The notes under the pieces are model-generated. The model ran no database searches. It was given only the letters and a program-made list of their open reading frames with translations, and was not told where the DNA came from. From Camelus dromedarius (taxonomy: Eukaryota), in contig NC_087437.1 in assembly GCF_036321535.1 (NCBI RefSeq), forward strand, positions 79,796,001-79,860,000: a stretch of DNA of 64,000 bases, read 5' to 3'. Position numbers and translations under genes: made by a program. Below, in pieces: positions 37,750-51,599 of this stretch (positions are counted from its first letter, which is position 1; every line of letters starts with the position of its first letter).

Positions 37750-38830
37750 TGGGCTTTCCCCTTATGTTTCCTTTATTAGTTTCTTCAATGTAACAATATT
37801 GGTATCTTGCAGGTTTCATATCATTTTGGTCTTGCTTCCTGCCTCCCACCTCCAACACAATGTTGATGTTACTTAGAATTTATTTTCCTCAATCTGAGCT
37901 TTTAAAAATACTCTTAATATCCTCTAGTTTTTTGGCCACCATTACTTCATGTATCTCTGGTAACACCCTTGTGCTTTTTTGTATCTTCTTATTTCAGTAC
38001 ATTCTCCGAGAGTTCTTCAGAGCGGGTTTCATCTGGTAAATATTTTGAGGTCTGATTGGATATAGAGCCCTTGGTTCCACCACGTAATTATGGTGTTAGC
38101 TGATACGCTCATTCTCGTTGGAAGCATTTTCCATTTGTTGTTGATGTTCTAGAATTTAATTATATACATCTAGGTAATAGTGGTAATAGTAATACTAAAA
38201 TAGTGATTATGTACAAGGCACTATTCTAAGGGTTTTACACATATGTTAATTCATTTACTCCTCATATTAATTTTATAAGATAGTTAAGATAGACATTTTA
38301 CTAGCCTCATTTTATTGCTGGGTAAACTGAGATACAGAAAGTTTATCTTATGCACTATTTCAAATAAGAGGTCTGTCATTTTTTTTAAACTCTGGGATAT
38401 TAATATTCTTTAGCTCTTCAAATGTATCTTCACCTTTGTCTTCCACTATGACCACCAGCATCTGTCTTCTGAGAATATTATTAACCGTGTATTAGCACTT
38501 TTATTTCTATTCTCCAAATCTCATATAGTGCATTGTTATATTTTCTTTATATCTTTTTCTGTTACCTTCTGAGAGTGTTCAGTCTGATCTTGAGCTGCAT
38601 TCTTTGGCTTATATATCTTATTTATTCTGTTCTTTATTTCAACTATTATATTTTTCATATTTACTATTTCCATTTGGTTCTGTTTTAATAACTTCTCCCA
38701 CATTTTATTAACACTTTTCTTATCTCTTGAGTATTTCAATTAAACTTATTTTGAATTCTTAGTCCATCTGCTTCAAGAATTCTGCTTCAGATGATATTGG
38801 TTTGTCACTTTTCTTTTACAGGTTGTTCTT
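37750..38830 (-). mobile_element. Old L1/HAL1 ORF1 remnant (with nested MIR at ~38170-38345)
   Basis: Minus ORF 38536-38739 contains LKQNQMEIVNMKNIIVEIKN, the L1 ORF1 coiled-coil motif KKNQMEILEMKNTI.EIKN. Confidence 0.65.
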
Positions 38831-38841
38831 CCCAATATTTA

Positions 38842-38842
38842 G

Positions 38843-38877
<35 letters not shown>
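38842..38877. repeat. (GTT)12 microsatellite
   Basis: Directly visible perfect run. Confidence 0.95.
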
Positions 38878-39241
38878 CTCTGTGAGCTCATGGTGCTGTC
38901 TCATAATAAGAATTAGGGAAGGGCTTAAGTTATATTCCCCCTGATGAAAGTAAACAAAAGGGAAAGGGTGAGACTAAGTGGGCCTCAATGTACCAAACAT
39001 TCTCTCTCAGTCACTTCTGTTTGCTGCTGTACCACCAACAATCTTCTGAATCATTTTTTAGGTGGTACAGTCTCCTTAAAACCAAATCCACTCACCCTAA
39101 CACTGAAAGAGAACTAAGGCAGGGAAGTAAAATCGCAGGCAGCTGATACTTGCCCCATTAGCATCTCATCCCAGCAGAGATTCTGCAAACCCTAATATTA
39201 CGCTCCTGGCACTGCTGGGTTCAAGCTGCTGCTGAAAATTT

Positions 39242-39778
39242 TGTAATAGGAAAGAACAAATCTGACTCCATATCAGATCTGTTCCTTTGGCTTTAATCCT
39301 GTGCCCTGTTTTCTAGGCTCAGTCTTGCTGGCTCTGCACCTTTTGTAAAACAATGTTGCCTATAGCCTGAAATATACAGGAAAGCCTGTTCTCAAGGCTC
39401 TGACCTTTAAGGATATTAACACTTTTGCACTTATATAAAGATGACAGGTTGCAGAATAGAAAATAATGTTTGTTTTGTTGGAGGTTTACAGGGGCACCAT
39501 TACCTGACCCAGGTGGACAGCTGCAAGAACAAAGGATTCCAAGAACAAAGAATTCCCACACCAAGAAGTCTGCAACAACCAACCACACCCCCTCCCCTTT
39601 TTAGTATAAAAGGAGCCTGAATTCTGACTTGGGGAAGAGGGTTCTCCAGGACATTAGTCTGCCATCTTCTCGGTTTGCCGGCTTTCCGAATAAAGTCACC
39701 ATTCCTCGCCCCAACACCTCGCCTCCCGATTTACTGGCCTGTTGTGCAGCGAGCAGAACAAATTTGGACTTGGTAACA
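39242..39778 (+). mobile_element. ERV1 solo LTR, MER41-like
   Basis: TG...CA termini with a perfect 4-bp TSD, ATTT (39238-39241 and 39779-39782). TATA box TATAAAA at ~39605, AATAAA at ~39689, retained CpGs and a 3' end 'ggacttggtaaca'. Confidence 0.88.
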
Positions 39779-40371
39779 ATTTCTGTCCACATGTTGCGGC
39801 AAAAACAATCAGCGCATAGAAGAGCAAGGTGGAGGACTGAAATCCTGTCTTTCAAACTTTCCTCCCACAGCTGCAGCTCAGTCAGGCTCCCTTCACCTGC
39901 TTCAGATGCCTGCATCACACCCCTCATGGGTTTCCAGAGTTTTCATGTCACTTCCAGATCCAGGCTTCTCCCTGTTTCTGTAGATTCTCTTTGCTTCTGG
40001 AAGAAAATAGCAGACTGTGCTAATTCACTCTCTTCTCTGGAACCAAACTGCCACCCTTTCCAATTTTTCTGCCTCTTTTATTTGGGAATAGGAAGGAGGA
40101 AAGGAAAACTCAGACACTCTCACTTAGAAAAATGGCTGATCAGGCTTATCTCCAGACAGTAAAGCATTGGCTTCTCCCTTTTGCATGTTTCAACCTTCCA
40201 GCTTCCTAACTCTCTAATCAGCCAGATTCACCTTTCGAGCTACCAGAGCATATGCCTCCATGACCTTCACACCCCTCCTTTTTCTGGTGATGGAAAATTC
40301 CGAAGTCTTAGATACTAATAAAAATTCCGATACTTAGATACTTACATAAAGTCCTTAAATTGTTCTAGCGT

Positions 40372-40385
40372 GGGGGGGGGGGGGG
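40372..40385 (+). repeat. G14 homopolymer
   Basis: Directly visible. Confidence 0.9.
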
Positions 40386-41403
40386 CTGACACATTACAGT
40401 CAGAAACTTAGACAGAACTTTCCATTTTTCAAGTTATTTTAGGAACTACTTTGGATCTGACATTTTAAACTGTTTCTTCAATTACAAGGTTCCATAGCTT
40501 ACTCAGTACACTAGAGTTTTAATATTTTTTTTTTTAAAAGAAAGAATCCTTGTAAAGCCTCTAAATGCCTTAGGTTGCTTCTGATAGACACAAAAGGAAT
40601 TCTTACATTTTAAATTTGTTTTGGGAAACTGCAAAAGCCAGCCACCACCTTAGTTACTATGAGTTGAATTTCAGGATAAACTAAATTCAGAATTTCTTCT
40701 TTGAAAACATTCTTACTGTTAATGAATTGCCCAGGTATTGCACCTCCTGTGCCTTTCCTGTTCAAAAGAAGAAAAGCTGTTCTTTTCATTTGGAGCAGAG
40801 TCTGTGATTATGAACCAGCTAATTAACTTGTCTAATGTGGAAGGGATGATGTAATGTTCACTTCTAGCTTTTCTCTCTTCCATATGGACAGGGTTGCTGC
40901 TTATAAATGCTGTGACTGCTGTTGGGCAAAGATGGTCCTAAGAACTTGCTTTAAACTCATTTTTATACCTACCATTCAGCAACCTTAGCAACAGAGAAAA
41001 AAAAATTAAAAGCCAGCCAGATTAAGTTACCAGCTTGGATTTCCACATATTCTTATTTATAAAAGGCAGGATTTTCCTTTAGATTTTCTGAGCTTCCTTC
41101 CAGCCTTTAATATTAAAAAAAAACCCAAAAATCACTGTCACTTAATAAAGCAAACCACAGCATGAGAGAAAGACACTATCCATGCTTTCTTACCATAGGA
41201 GAAAACCAAGCCTTCAGAACATTCCAGCTTCTGTAAGGCTGTCGGGGTGGCGGTTTCTTACTCTGCCATTTTAGTTCGAAGCTTATTTCTGTCTTGCAAA
41301 AGGACAATTCCTGTTGTTTTACTGATTCGATATTACTCGTCATCAAAGTATAGAATAAAATTAAAACTTAAACTACTTAGTGATACTTGGTTAAAGAAAA
41401 AGC

Positions 41404-41586
41404 CTATATAAAATAGATAAACAAAAAGGTCCTACTATATAGCGCAGGGAACTATATTCAATATCTTAAAATAACGTACATTGGAAAAGAATCTGAAAAA
41501 GAATATATATATGTATATGTATAACTGAATTACTTTGCTGTACATCAACATTGTAAATCAACTATATGTCAATTAAAAAAAAAAAA
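41404..41586 (+). mobile_element. L1 3' tail (heavily 5'-truncated)
   Basis: 'tatataaaatagataaacaaaaaggtcctactatatagcgcagggaactatattcaatatctt...cattgtaaatcaactata..caattaaaaaaaa'. Possible TSD aaaaagcct/aaaaaacct. Confidence 0.9.
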
Positions 41587-42239
41587 CCTTGGCAATAAAC
41601 ATTTGAACATTTTACAGAGAAAGGGAAAGGAAAAGCTAGCAGCATACTTCTCATTGATCCAAAAGAAATTCATTCAAGCCAGATTTGGATAGACACATAT
41701 ACTTCATCTAAAAAAAATAATGGCAATTGCATTAACATTGATAAAAATAATAAACTGCCTTCCAAGGAGAAAAGCACACATGACAGAAAGACATCTGTGA
41801 TATACAGGCCAGGAGCTCACAATTTAGACCTAGGATGACAAGGGATGTTGGCTGATTTGTAAAATGCCTCACTGCCTTGGGTTCGAGTGCCAGTAAGTAT
41901 TTTAGATCATCAATACCATCATCCTTAATATAAGCCTTTTAGTACATCTAAGTAGCTGGTGCCATATTTCATTTATGGCCAGCCTGAGGAGGGTTGCTTT
42001 ACGCAGTCTATAGACTCAGAGGAAGGAAGGAGGCTGGTCAGGTGGTTGAATCCACATCGGAAACTGGCAGTATTTCTAACACTGCCTACACCTGTAGTGT
42101 GACCTTGAGGAACTGCTGTGAAACCTCAGGACCTAGAAAAGACCTTCATGATATCTAGTCCAGCCCCTCCAGGGTCATGCTCTCTCCTCTGGGATAAGCT
42201 CTAAGGCTTTGCCCACACCTCCTGTATCACACTTGGCAG

Positions 42240-42450
42240 ATAATAGTAATATTAATAGCCAACGTGATTAAGTCTTACAATATGTCAGTCATTGTTCTAA
42301 ATGCTTACATGAATCAGCTCATTTAATCCTCAACATAGGCCAATGAGAAAGATACCGTTTCTGTTCTCATCTTTCAAGATGAAAGAGTTGATTCCTACAT
42401 GTTTAAGCTGCTTATCCAAATGTACACTGTAACACCAGAGCCCGCACTTT
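42240..42450 (-). mobile_element. MIR SINE
   Basis: 'aatagccaacgtgattaag...ctcatttaatcctcaaca..ccaatgag'. Confidence 0.65.
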
Positions 42451-42644
42451 AATGTCTTAATATTTAGAATTTTACGTTTAAGCTACACATTGGTGGCATA
42501 TCAAACTCCATTTCTAAAAATTAAGCTCCTTGAGGGCACAGACATTATTGTTTACATTTGAAATACGCCACAGCACTTAACACTGAGTTTTGTAGGAACA
42601 CGAAAGTACTGGTTAATAAATTCATTTTATAGAAGGTGAATGCG

Positions 42645-43128
42645 CTAGCTAGTTCTCTGCCCCACTAGCTCTTTCTACCATTTTCTGCTCTGCTCTGGGT
42701 CCTCAGAAAGCTGACCTCTAAAGACTGTTTCACCTAGGTCCCTTCACTCTCTGGATTCTCCTGGGGTCTGGCCAATGGAGAGAGCAGCAAGCGATTGAAG
42801 AGTAGGAGAGAGAAAGATCCAAGTTGTCTTCCTGGCTCTACCACTTCAGCTCAGGGTGTTGGCAGTGGCTGCATTGCTCGGTGTAAAGTCAGTGTCTGCC
42901 AGGCAGCTGTAGGTACACCTGTAGCTCTCCTGGGGTCCTAGTAGCTTCTCCTTCCCCTGGCCCTTCAGACTTGGTGGTGATAATCCAGCCTTTGTTAGCC
43001 CAGAGGTGAAGCATCACCCCCTTTTGGTTTTCCTGAACCTTTCCCACAATGTTCTAATGAGTACCTTTGTTAATTTCCCTTTAATTACTCTGTGCATGCC
43101 ATCTGTTTTCTGCCAGGAACCTGACTGA
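42645..43128 (+). mobile_element. LTR33-like ERVL LTR
   Basis: 'ctctctggattctcctggggtctggccaatggagagagcagcaagcgattgaagagtagga...tgccatctgttttctgccaggaacctgactga'. Confidence 0.7.
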
Positions 43129-44599
43129 TGAATGAAAATAAAGCCTAGAAGAATTAAGCAATTTGCCAATGATCACCATTTATATGTCCTTTAGCAGATA
43201 ATAGTCAACATTATTAAGCACTTACTATATGATGGGCACTATTCTGGGTGCAAACAGCTACTTGGCAAGAAAGTTTAATATACACTTTAAGAAATATACT
43301 CCATTCTGTGTTCATATGTTGCCTGCTTTCATTATAATTGATATGAACTCTGGCAAGTTATTTAATTAGTCCATGCCATGACTGCTCCTCTGTTGAAGAG
43401 GGATGACAACACCTACTACATAGATTTGTTATTAAGTACTTGGCACGTGGTAAATAATCAATTCCTATTGGAATCTGGTGCTCTGAACTGGGAGTCACTG
43501 CCATTTTTCAAATTTGAACCTTATAGAAACAAAGAAACAAGCAAATAAAACAGTATAATTCAATCTACTCTCAACTTAATTCAGAATTAACAGTGCTAGA
43601 CTGACTTGTCTCTTCTACTATGAATATTGCTTAGATGTTTAGGGAATGCTTGGGCATTTTAATATTGACCCCAAATATATATATATATAAATCTGCTATC
43701 CCTCAGACACATGTAACATGTTCTAAAGTCCAGTGTGGAAAACATTAAATTAGTTAACCGTTTTAACGTGTTAGTACCCACATGGAGTGCTACAGATAAA
43801 GAGAAACTAACCAAATTGGCCAGGAATTGAGTAACACTGGTGTAAAGTGGTCCTTAGAAATCACTAGCTCTGTCCCCTCTCTTTCTGGAAATGGGAAAAC
43901 TGAGGCTCTGAAAGGCAAAACCGGATTTACTGCCTTGCTTTATCTGGGTTTTGAGTGTCATCTGAGATGACACGACCTAATAATTCTCTGTATTTCCCCT
44001 GCTTTACGTTTCTTTTAAAAATGTACTATCTGAAATTATGAGAATATTCACTTACATGTTTATGGCTCTCACTTCTGCCGCATCATAAGATCTGAGAGGG
44101 CACAGACTTTGTTGATTCCGTTTTTCATTTTATTTTCTGTTCCTGAAGTACAGCCTATAATGTAATATATATTCTGTAAGGTTTTGTTGACTGACAGGGT
44201 GAGTGAGTGAACAAAGGATCCATACCAGCCTTCCAGTCTGAGAGTTCATTTGCGCTGTTCAGAACAGGATTGTCTTCTCTTTTACCCATTCCTCTAATAG
44301 CTTTAGGAAAGAGAATAAATTTGTATCCTGATATAAGGAATAATTCCTAGATATACAATAAGTCAATGAACCAAATTCTCAGACTTCAGCAGAGCATTTC
44401 AGTGTCTCCTCAGATCACTAAGGTGAATCTTTTGGTTGGGTAAGTCCTTAAGTGGAAGAAATACATGATAGTGCAGAGAAAGATGTTCATACGCAACTCA
44501 GTCCTCTTTCAAGAATCTTTATGTTCTGCCTCATAGCCAAAAGGCAGTCCACTTTCTCATGGACCTCAGTAACCCCACTTTAGACCTAAAAGCCACATG

Positions 44600-44805
44600 G
44601 TATCACAACATAAAGAGCAGAAACCTCAAAACCAGACAAACCTGGGTTTAGTCCCCAATTCTATTACTGTGTGACTTTGAGTCAGTTACTTACTATTTTC
44701 ACATTTCAGCTTCTCAAAGTCGATACTGGAATTCATCAACGGGTTAGTAAGAAGACTAAAAAGAATGTGCTTAAAGTGAGAGACACATTGTAGGCACTCA
44801 AGAAA
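44600..44805 (+). mobile_element. MIR SINE
   Basis: 'aagagcagaaacctcaaaaccagacaaacctgggttt...tgtgactttgagtcagttactt...gtaggcactcaa'. Confidence 0.65.
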
Positions 44806-45971
44806 CACGTCTTTTTGCTACAACCTCCTAGAAACCATTTACTCTACACGCTCCGAATCAGGGATGTTTGAACTCTTGAACACAGATCCCTCGGGTTCTG
44901 TGGAGATGCCTACGTGTTCAGGTGGCAGTGATGGTAGGTAACGGAGTGGGAGCGAGCGAGGATGGATGCTGAAAGAAAACCTGTGAATGAGGCCTTCAGT
45001 TAGAGAAACTCCAGTATTTTATGTTTTGTTTTGTATTTTGAAATCCCGAACGTAATTCTCTATTTTGTTTATCGATGGAAACAGCTTTAGATTTTGTGTC
45101 TGACTGTATATAAACACATGATAATTTTAAAACTCTTTAGCTATGCATAAAAGCTACCTGTAGTTAATTCATTGAGGGGGAGAGACTCGGGAGTGCAGAC
45201 AGAGAGTATTGCTACTCTTTCTAGCTACATCTTCAAATCTCCTCTCCTGACTTGCTTTGCTCTCCCTCTGAATGAGGTTTCAGGCAGATCCTGTAACTCT
45301 CCTAGTCATTTTCATTAACTAACAAGTTATCTCAACAGTCAGGGAATTAAAAAGTCTGCAGTGCTGTCTGTGAATGAGATTTCAGCTTCTCATTCAATGT
45401 AAAACTCCTGCTCTCCCTGGCTCAGGCTGGGGAGCTGCAGGGGGAAGGGAAGCAGGTTTTATCCACGTGTCCCCTTTCCCTGTGTTGTTTCTGTACTATT
45501 TGCAGGAGGTGAAGGTGAGGAGTCCAGCGAGAAGAGGGAGATAAGGGACAGGAGAAGTCTTACTTGACTAATGTTCTTGTAATTTGCATGGGAGACCTCT
45601 GGGTGTGGCCGAAATTCAAAGCTGACTCTTTCTCTCAAGGAGCACTTCGGATGGTTCTTCAGAGACCCCTGATGCTGAAAATCTTCCATGACAAGGGGAA
45701 TGCCTCTCCTGGACAGCCACTTACAAATCTCCCTTTGGTACCAGCCTTCACCAGCCCGTACCATTCAGACTCCCTCCGCTGAGGGTCAACGAACCATCCT
45801 AGTGGGCCTCTTACTCATGGCACTACTCAAGGAGACCCCAATCTGGTCCTCTGAGTGGAATCTACTTCTTTGCCCACCTGAAACATGCACGCATCCTTTC
45901 CCTACCAACGTCTGGTAGTAAAAGCCTTTGCCAGCACATCACAGCCTTTCCTGCCAGAGATAACTTCAACA

Positions 45972-46341
45972 AGATATAACTTATATGTGGAATCTAAAAA
46001 AGAAGAAAAAGAAAAAAGAGGACACGAATGAACTTATCTACAAAACAGAAACAGACTTGCAGACATAGTAAACAATCCTATGGTTACTGGGGGAAGAGGG
46101 TGGGAAGGGATAAATTTGGGGGCTTGAGATTTGCAAATGTTAGCCACTATATATAAAAATAGATATAAAAACCAGATTTCTTCTGTATAGCACAGGAAAC
46201 TATATTCAATATCTTGTAATAACCTTTAATGAAAAAGAATATGAAAACAAATACATGTATGTCTATGCATGACTGGGACATTGTGCTGTACACCAGAAAC
46301 TGACACACTGTAACTGACTGTACTTCAATTTAAAAAAAAAA
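45972..46341 (+). mobile_element. L1 3'UTR fragment
   Basis: 'acttatatgtggaatctaaaaaa...gaacttatctacaaaacagaaacagact...tgtacaccagaaactgacacactgtaactgactgtacttcaatttaaaaaaaa'. Same lineage as 27005-27517. Confidence 0.92.
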
Positions 46342-46949
46342 GATTCTCACTTTCATATATTTCACGAGTCCCTCCGTCCCTTATAGTCTGGAACACATGC
46401 TCAGCTTTCTGATGGTTTTCTGATGCACAAACACTTACTTGAGGAGTTGGGGGAAAACCTATCCTCCAACTGGAAAGGAGAAGAAATGCCTTTTTGATCT
46501 GATTAAAAAAATTCTCTTTCTCCAACATTCAAATGATCTTTTATGTAGCTTGGATATGGACGATGAACTAAAATCAGCAAGAACTATAAGAATGGTCTTG
46601 CATTTTTCTTTCCTTTTTATTGGTACATGGCTTATCCTTTTCTCAGCTTTAGGTCTTTGGCTGTAACTAAGACATATAAATTCCCCAAAGTTTCACTGCT
46701 CTGAAATTACTACCCGCAAAATGTTATTGAACATTTCCATAATCGAGATCACAGCAAACACATTCTTCTTATCATTGATTTCTTCCCTTTTCTTTTACAC
46801 CTCTGCCTTTCTCCTGTCTCTCCCACTCTCCTGAATAGCCAGCATTGATAACCTGGTTTGTGTCTTTCCATAACTCATAATCATAACATAATAATGAGGC
46901 TCTTGTTAGTAACGGTGGTCCTAATCTTATTCTTCTCATTCATATGCTT

Positions 46950-48100
46950 ATCTGTCTTCTGCTTTTAGCATTTAATACTACATCTTGGAAATCTCTCCCA
47001 AGTCAACTGTCCCAGAGAAAATTTTTATATTTTCCTTAGCAGCATTATTCTCTGTTGTGAATTTACAGTAATTTATTCAACCAGTCTTCTTTTGATGGAC
47101 ATCTACTTTGTTTTCAGTTTTCATATATCCTAGTAGTTTATTTTTCTGTAGAATAAATTCCCACCTGAAGCAATGCTCAGTTGAAGGGTGCATGTATTTT
47201 CAATTTTAATAGTGGTTGCCAGATTTTTTTTATAAGAAGACTATATAATAAATAACATTTCTCTTTGCAAAGTATGAATCTACCCTTTATTCTATGACTC
47301 TGCAAAGAATGTTGTCTCTTACAATTTCAATCAACCTTATAAGCATAAGGAGTATGTCATTTTTTTAAAATAGGCCTTCCCTGACCAGCAGTGAGGCTGA
47401 ACCTCTGTCAATGTTCATTGGCTCTCTGGATTTACTCTTTTGTGAACTATCCACTCATGATTCACTGTGTTCATTTTTCTATGTTTTCTTGCTGTTATTG
47501 TTTTATCAATTTGTAAGGGCTCATTTTATTCTAAAGTTGTTGATCTCTCATATGTATTGTGAATATTTCCTTCAATCATTTCTTATAGACTTGTTTATGG
47601 TATATTTTGTCATACAGATATTCTTCTAAACATTTATGTAGCTAAATGTGTCTATTTTTTGTTTTTATTTTTGCTTTGTCCAGTAAAGATTCTTGTCTTT
47701 ATTACATCAGCCTTCCAAACATCTGGGTTATACATGGATTTACATAATTTGCAAATATTTAAATTTCAATACATAATTCATCCATTGCTTATTTTTATAT
47801 GAAGTAAAATCCAGATTTATTTTCTTTCTGAAAGATTGCCAATTGTGCTAGAGTTGTTGATTAAGTAAAACTATTATTTACCAAATGAAAAATTACCTTA
47901 TCACATCTTATATGTCTGGGTTCTATATTCTAATCCACTCATTTTTTTTTCTATTTCAATGCCAACATCACATTGTTTTTATTGCTATGTCTTTAGAGAA
48001 TATTTTACTTGCTGATAAAGCATGCCTCTCCTCACTGTTTTTCTCTTTGATAATTTTCTTGGCTATTTTCAGACAACTTACTACTCTTCATATCTAATTT
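46950..48100 (-). mobile_element. Old L1 (L1ME-type) fragments
   Basis: Antisense L1 phrases 'tttattcaaccagtc..tttgatggacat..tttgttttcagtttt', 'gtgaggctgaacctct...tgttcattgg' and 'ttcttggctatt'. Confidence 0.7.
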
Positions 48101-48847
48101 TGAAAAACATCTAGTTTCAAGATGTCATGCTATTTGAAGAAAAGATTCCACCAAAAATATTTGGAAAGCCACTCCAGGTGAATGGGGGAATGGCGATTTT
48201 ATAAAATTAAGTCGATGGTTTCTGCACTAGGTCTGATGACCAGCGAACAGAAAGGATACTTCAGAAGTACTGGTGCATTCCTCCATTATAACAGAAAAAC
48301 GTAAATTCTTGGATTTCAGCAGTAATTCCACAAGTAAATTACTCATTCTGATGCTCACTTTAGCTGTTCAGAATCGCCCTCAGAAATTTAAAATGTTTTG
48401 GAATCATCGATTGCAAATGAACATGAGGATTAAGAATGTATCTGGAGAACCTAATTTCTATTCACCTCTAGTTCAAAAACTTTCGTTAAATGTGTGTGTG
48501 TGTGTGTGGTCGGTGGGGGTGAAGTAAGGAGTCAGTGGATCAGAAGGGAAATCAAATACTGAAGCAGAGTAAAGAAAAATAGGACGTGGTATGAAAATTG
48601 CCTTGATTTTCCTCCTCTATTTGCCTGCATTAAACAATTCCATACATTTTGTTTCAGTAAATACAACTGACAATCTACTTTTCCCTTTTCCCTTAGTGCC
48701 ACTTGCTCATGGACAGGTCCCCAAGCACTGCAGGAGTCATCTCAGCTGAAAAGCATTAAATGCCTCTCCTTGACATTTTACTGTTTTAGGAGTCTAATTC
48801 TTTGGCAACAGCATTAAGACAAATAAAGCCACTCAGTTTTAATCACA

Positions 48848-48916
48848 GATGATATAAATCATCGTGTCAGTTAACTCTAGCATCCATAAATCTCTAAAAA
48901 GGTGGATTTATGACAT
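48848..48916. promoter_or_regulatory. Candidate PBX-HOX/MEIS enhancer motif cluster
   Basis: TGATTTAT (minus, 48854-48861), TGACA (minus, 48865-48869) and an inverted pair CATAAATC/GATTTATG (48885-48892 and 48905-48912), in non-repeat sequence. Confidence 0.35.
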
Positions 48917-51599
48917 AGGGATGCAATTTACCAGTATTGCTTTTTTAAATTCGATCAGAATGATGGACTTCAGTAGAACAAATTTTTGCAATTCTGCTTG
49001 CAACTGTACCAGAAATGGAGGCTCTCAAGCTCACAGTCTGTTGGTGTATTAAGTATCAGCTTCACATTTTCCCTGTTCAGACTAATTGCTTCTTTAATTT
49101 GTGATTGCTGACACACACGTGCGGTTGTGCAAATTTAATAGGAAGGAAGATATTCTGATACTCTTGGTTTCATTCGTACGGTCTGCTTTAAATTGTATTC
49201 ATTACTAAGGCACCATTATTTTATCTGATGATTTAATAGGCCAGAAATTCAACAATAATAAAATTTAAGTGTTTAAGATAGGTATGGTTAAGTGTTCCAA
49301 GTGTAACATACCCCAAAAGACTGAAGTCCAATGGATTCATTTAAAACACGGAGAATGTTGTGAAGAGTGCTAGAGGCTGGCACCTGCTCCGATTTGCCTT
49401 ACTTAGCTTGTTCAGGCCACCTATCAAACTTTCAAAATCCATGCTCTCGAGGTCCGATCCACTTACCCTAATCTCACAGCAGACACGCACACTGAGTCAA
49501 GTGCCCCACAGCTGACTGCTATGCGGGTGCATTTTTAGAATGGAACAGAGTGAGGCTGAACCAATGCAAGTGGCTAAAATAAGAAACCAATTTAACTCCA
49601 TTGTAAAGACAGCCACCCGAATCATCCCCCCCAGATAATTCAAAATGTTGGGCTGTAATACTGAAAACACGTATTTGTTCTTTTCTGGGCATGCATTTTT
49701 TTATGTACTTCTCAGTCTTTCCCTCCTATTTACTGAGGATCTCGCCGTCCTCTTTGTTTTGGGGGTTTGGGAGCTGTTATTATATCCATGCTCTCACATG
49801 AGGCCTCTGTTAAGTTTGGTTCAGCATTTCCATTATAAAACCCATAAGCCTCCAGAACAAACTTATTATCGCTGCCTAGGAGGGAAAAATTGCTCCCAGC
49901 TGAAACTTAGTATATATTGCATTCATTTTCAGTCCAGAAGGTACTTGTCTTTAACATATTAGAAAAGAAAATTTTATACTATGCCTTTTACTTTCTTCCG
50001 TTGCTTTCATCAGTAGGATAACAGAAAAGAATAAAATAAGGAAGCAAATGGCCATTCATCCCACATTTTGCCCATTTTCCCCAGGACACGGTTCTTTTTC
50101 CATTCCCAGCCTAAAGTCAGTCTCAGGACTTAGCACGGTGCCCTGAAGTGTCCCTGTCACCAGCACTTGTTCTGGTCGCTCACTCCTAGACTGTTAGATT
50201 CCAGATATCTGGACAATCAGGGACCACACAGGAAGACTTTTTATTTCCCTATACTTGGATGCATCTGTGAATGAAAATACATAAAATACAAAATAGTAAA
50301 AACTTTCTAAAAATTACTTTAGAATAGGACATTAAAAGAGATACTATGCCAATTCAAGCAATCCCATTTTTGGGATTAATTATTTAAACTGTCAGGATCT
50401 TCCTTTAAAATATTTTACAATTGGATGTTGGAGGGTAAGGAGAAGGAAAGTATATGCAAGCTTGTAAGATGGGAATTCAGCTACTGAATATTGTTACAAT
50501 TTTTTGTTTAGTAACATAAAATTAGAAGTTAGGTAATTCATATTTTTCAACATACCTTGAACCTGAGAAAATCTTTTCACCACTTAAACATCTGGATTCC
50601 TAGTATAGCTTCATGATTAATATGTACACATAGAATCAATAATAATTAAACTCCCACTCCTCCGACTGTGTTCTGAGGAGGAAGGACACCACCTCTGGGA
50701 GGTACCTTAAGAGAGAAGGTGCCAGGAAAGACCTGCTCAGAAAAGAGGCTACTGGGAGAGCCAGGGGCCAGCTGGAAAAAAACTCAACTACATGACTCCC
50801 GATTCCAGACCTCAATCATTATGTCTGGCATCCATCTCCTTCTGGCTCCACCCTGACATCCATTCCTATTTCTATGAGTCCCCACTGGACAGATGGTCTG
50901 TGGAGGGCCAGTACAGGTCTTCCTGGGCCAGGAACCACATGGAACTCTCCATCTGCCATAAGGCCACTTTCGTCTTTCCTTCCTTCTTCACACTTTGGTT
51001 GAGCGAAGGAGTCTTACATTTGTACCAAAGCTCAATCCAGAAGCCAGGGGACAAAGAGAAGCCAACAGACAATATTAGCATTCTGCTGCTAATATTGGGC
51101 AAGTTGAATCAAAGACAAGTTTCAACACAAATTGCAGGCGTCTTCAGCATCCTACAGACAAATAAAAATGGAGTGAGCTGATGCTTCACTGTAGGTACAA
51201 AAGAAGCCAGACAAACATCTATTTCTTCATATGGGCTCTCAGATGATATTTAAATCTATCAGAAACTTTTCTTTGAGAACCTATTTCAAGCCCAGCAGTG
51301 TGCTGGAAGGTGGAAAAATGAGTGCTACATAGAAAAAGTAGAAGACGATATTTGTGCCCTGAAGCAGTTAACAGTCCATCAATAAGCCAGCAAAAACATC
51401 GTGAGTTTCAAATCAGATAATATTTTAAAAGTCACTTTGTAAATACTTAAGTGCTAGACATTTGTTAGTAGATACTAATAAATAACTCCTGAAGTAAAAA
51501 TCAATAGATTTTAATTTAGGGGGAAAATTGCTAATCCTTAAAATAACATATCAGGTTAACACATTTTACATAACATGGTATATAATTAGCTTTCATTGA

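Noticed and set aside
39629..40162. 177-aa ORF, the longest in the track
   Set aside because: It starts at a non-ATG codon inside the LTR and runs into old repeat-like sequence, with no protein similarity.
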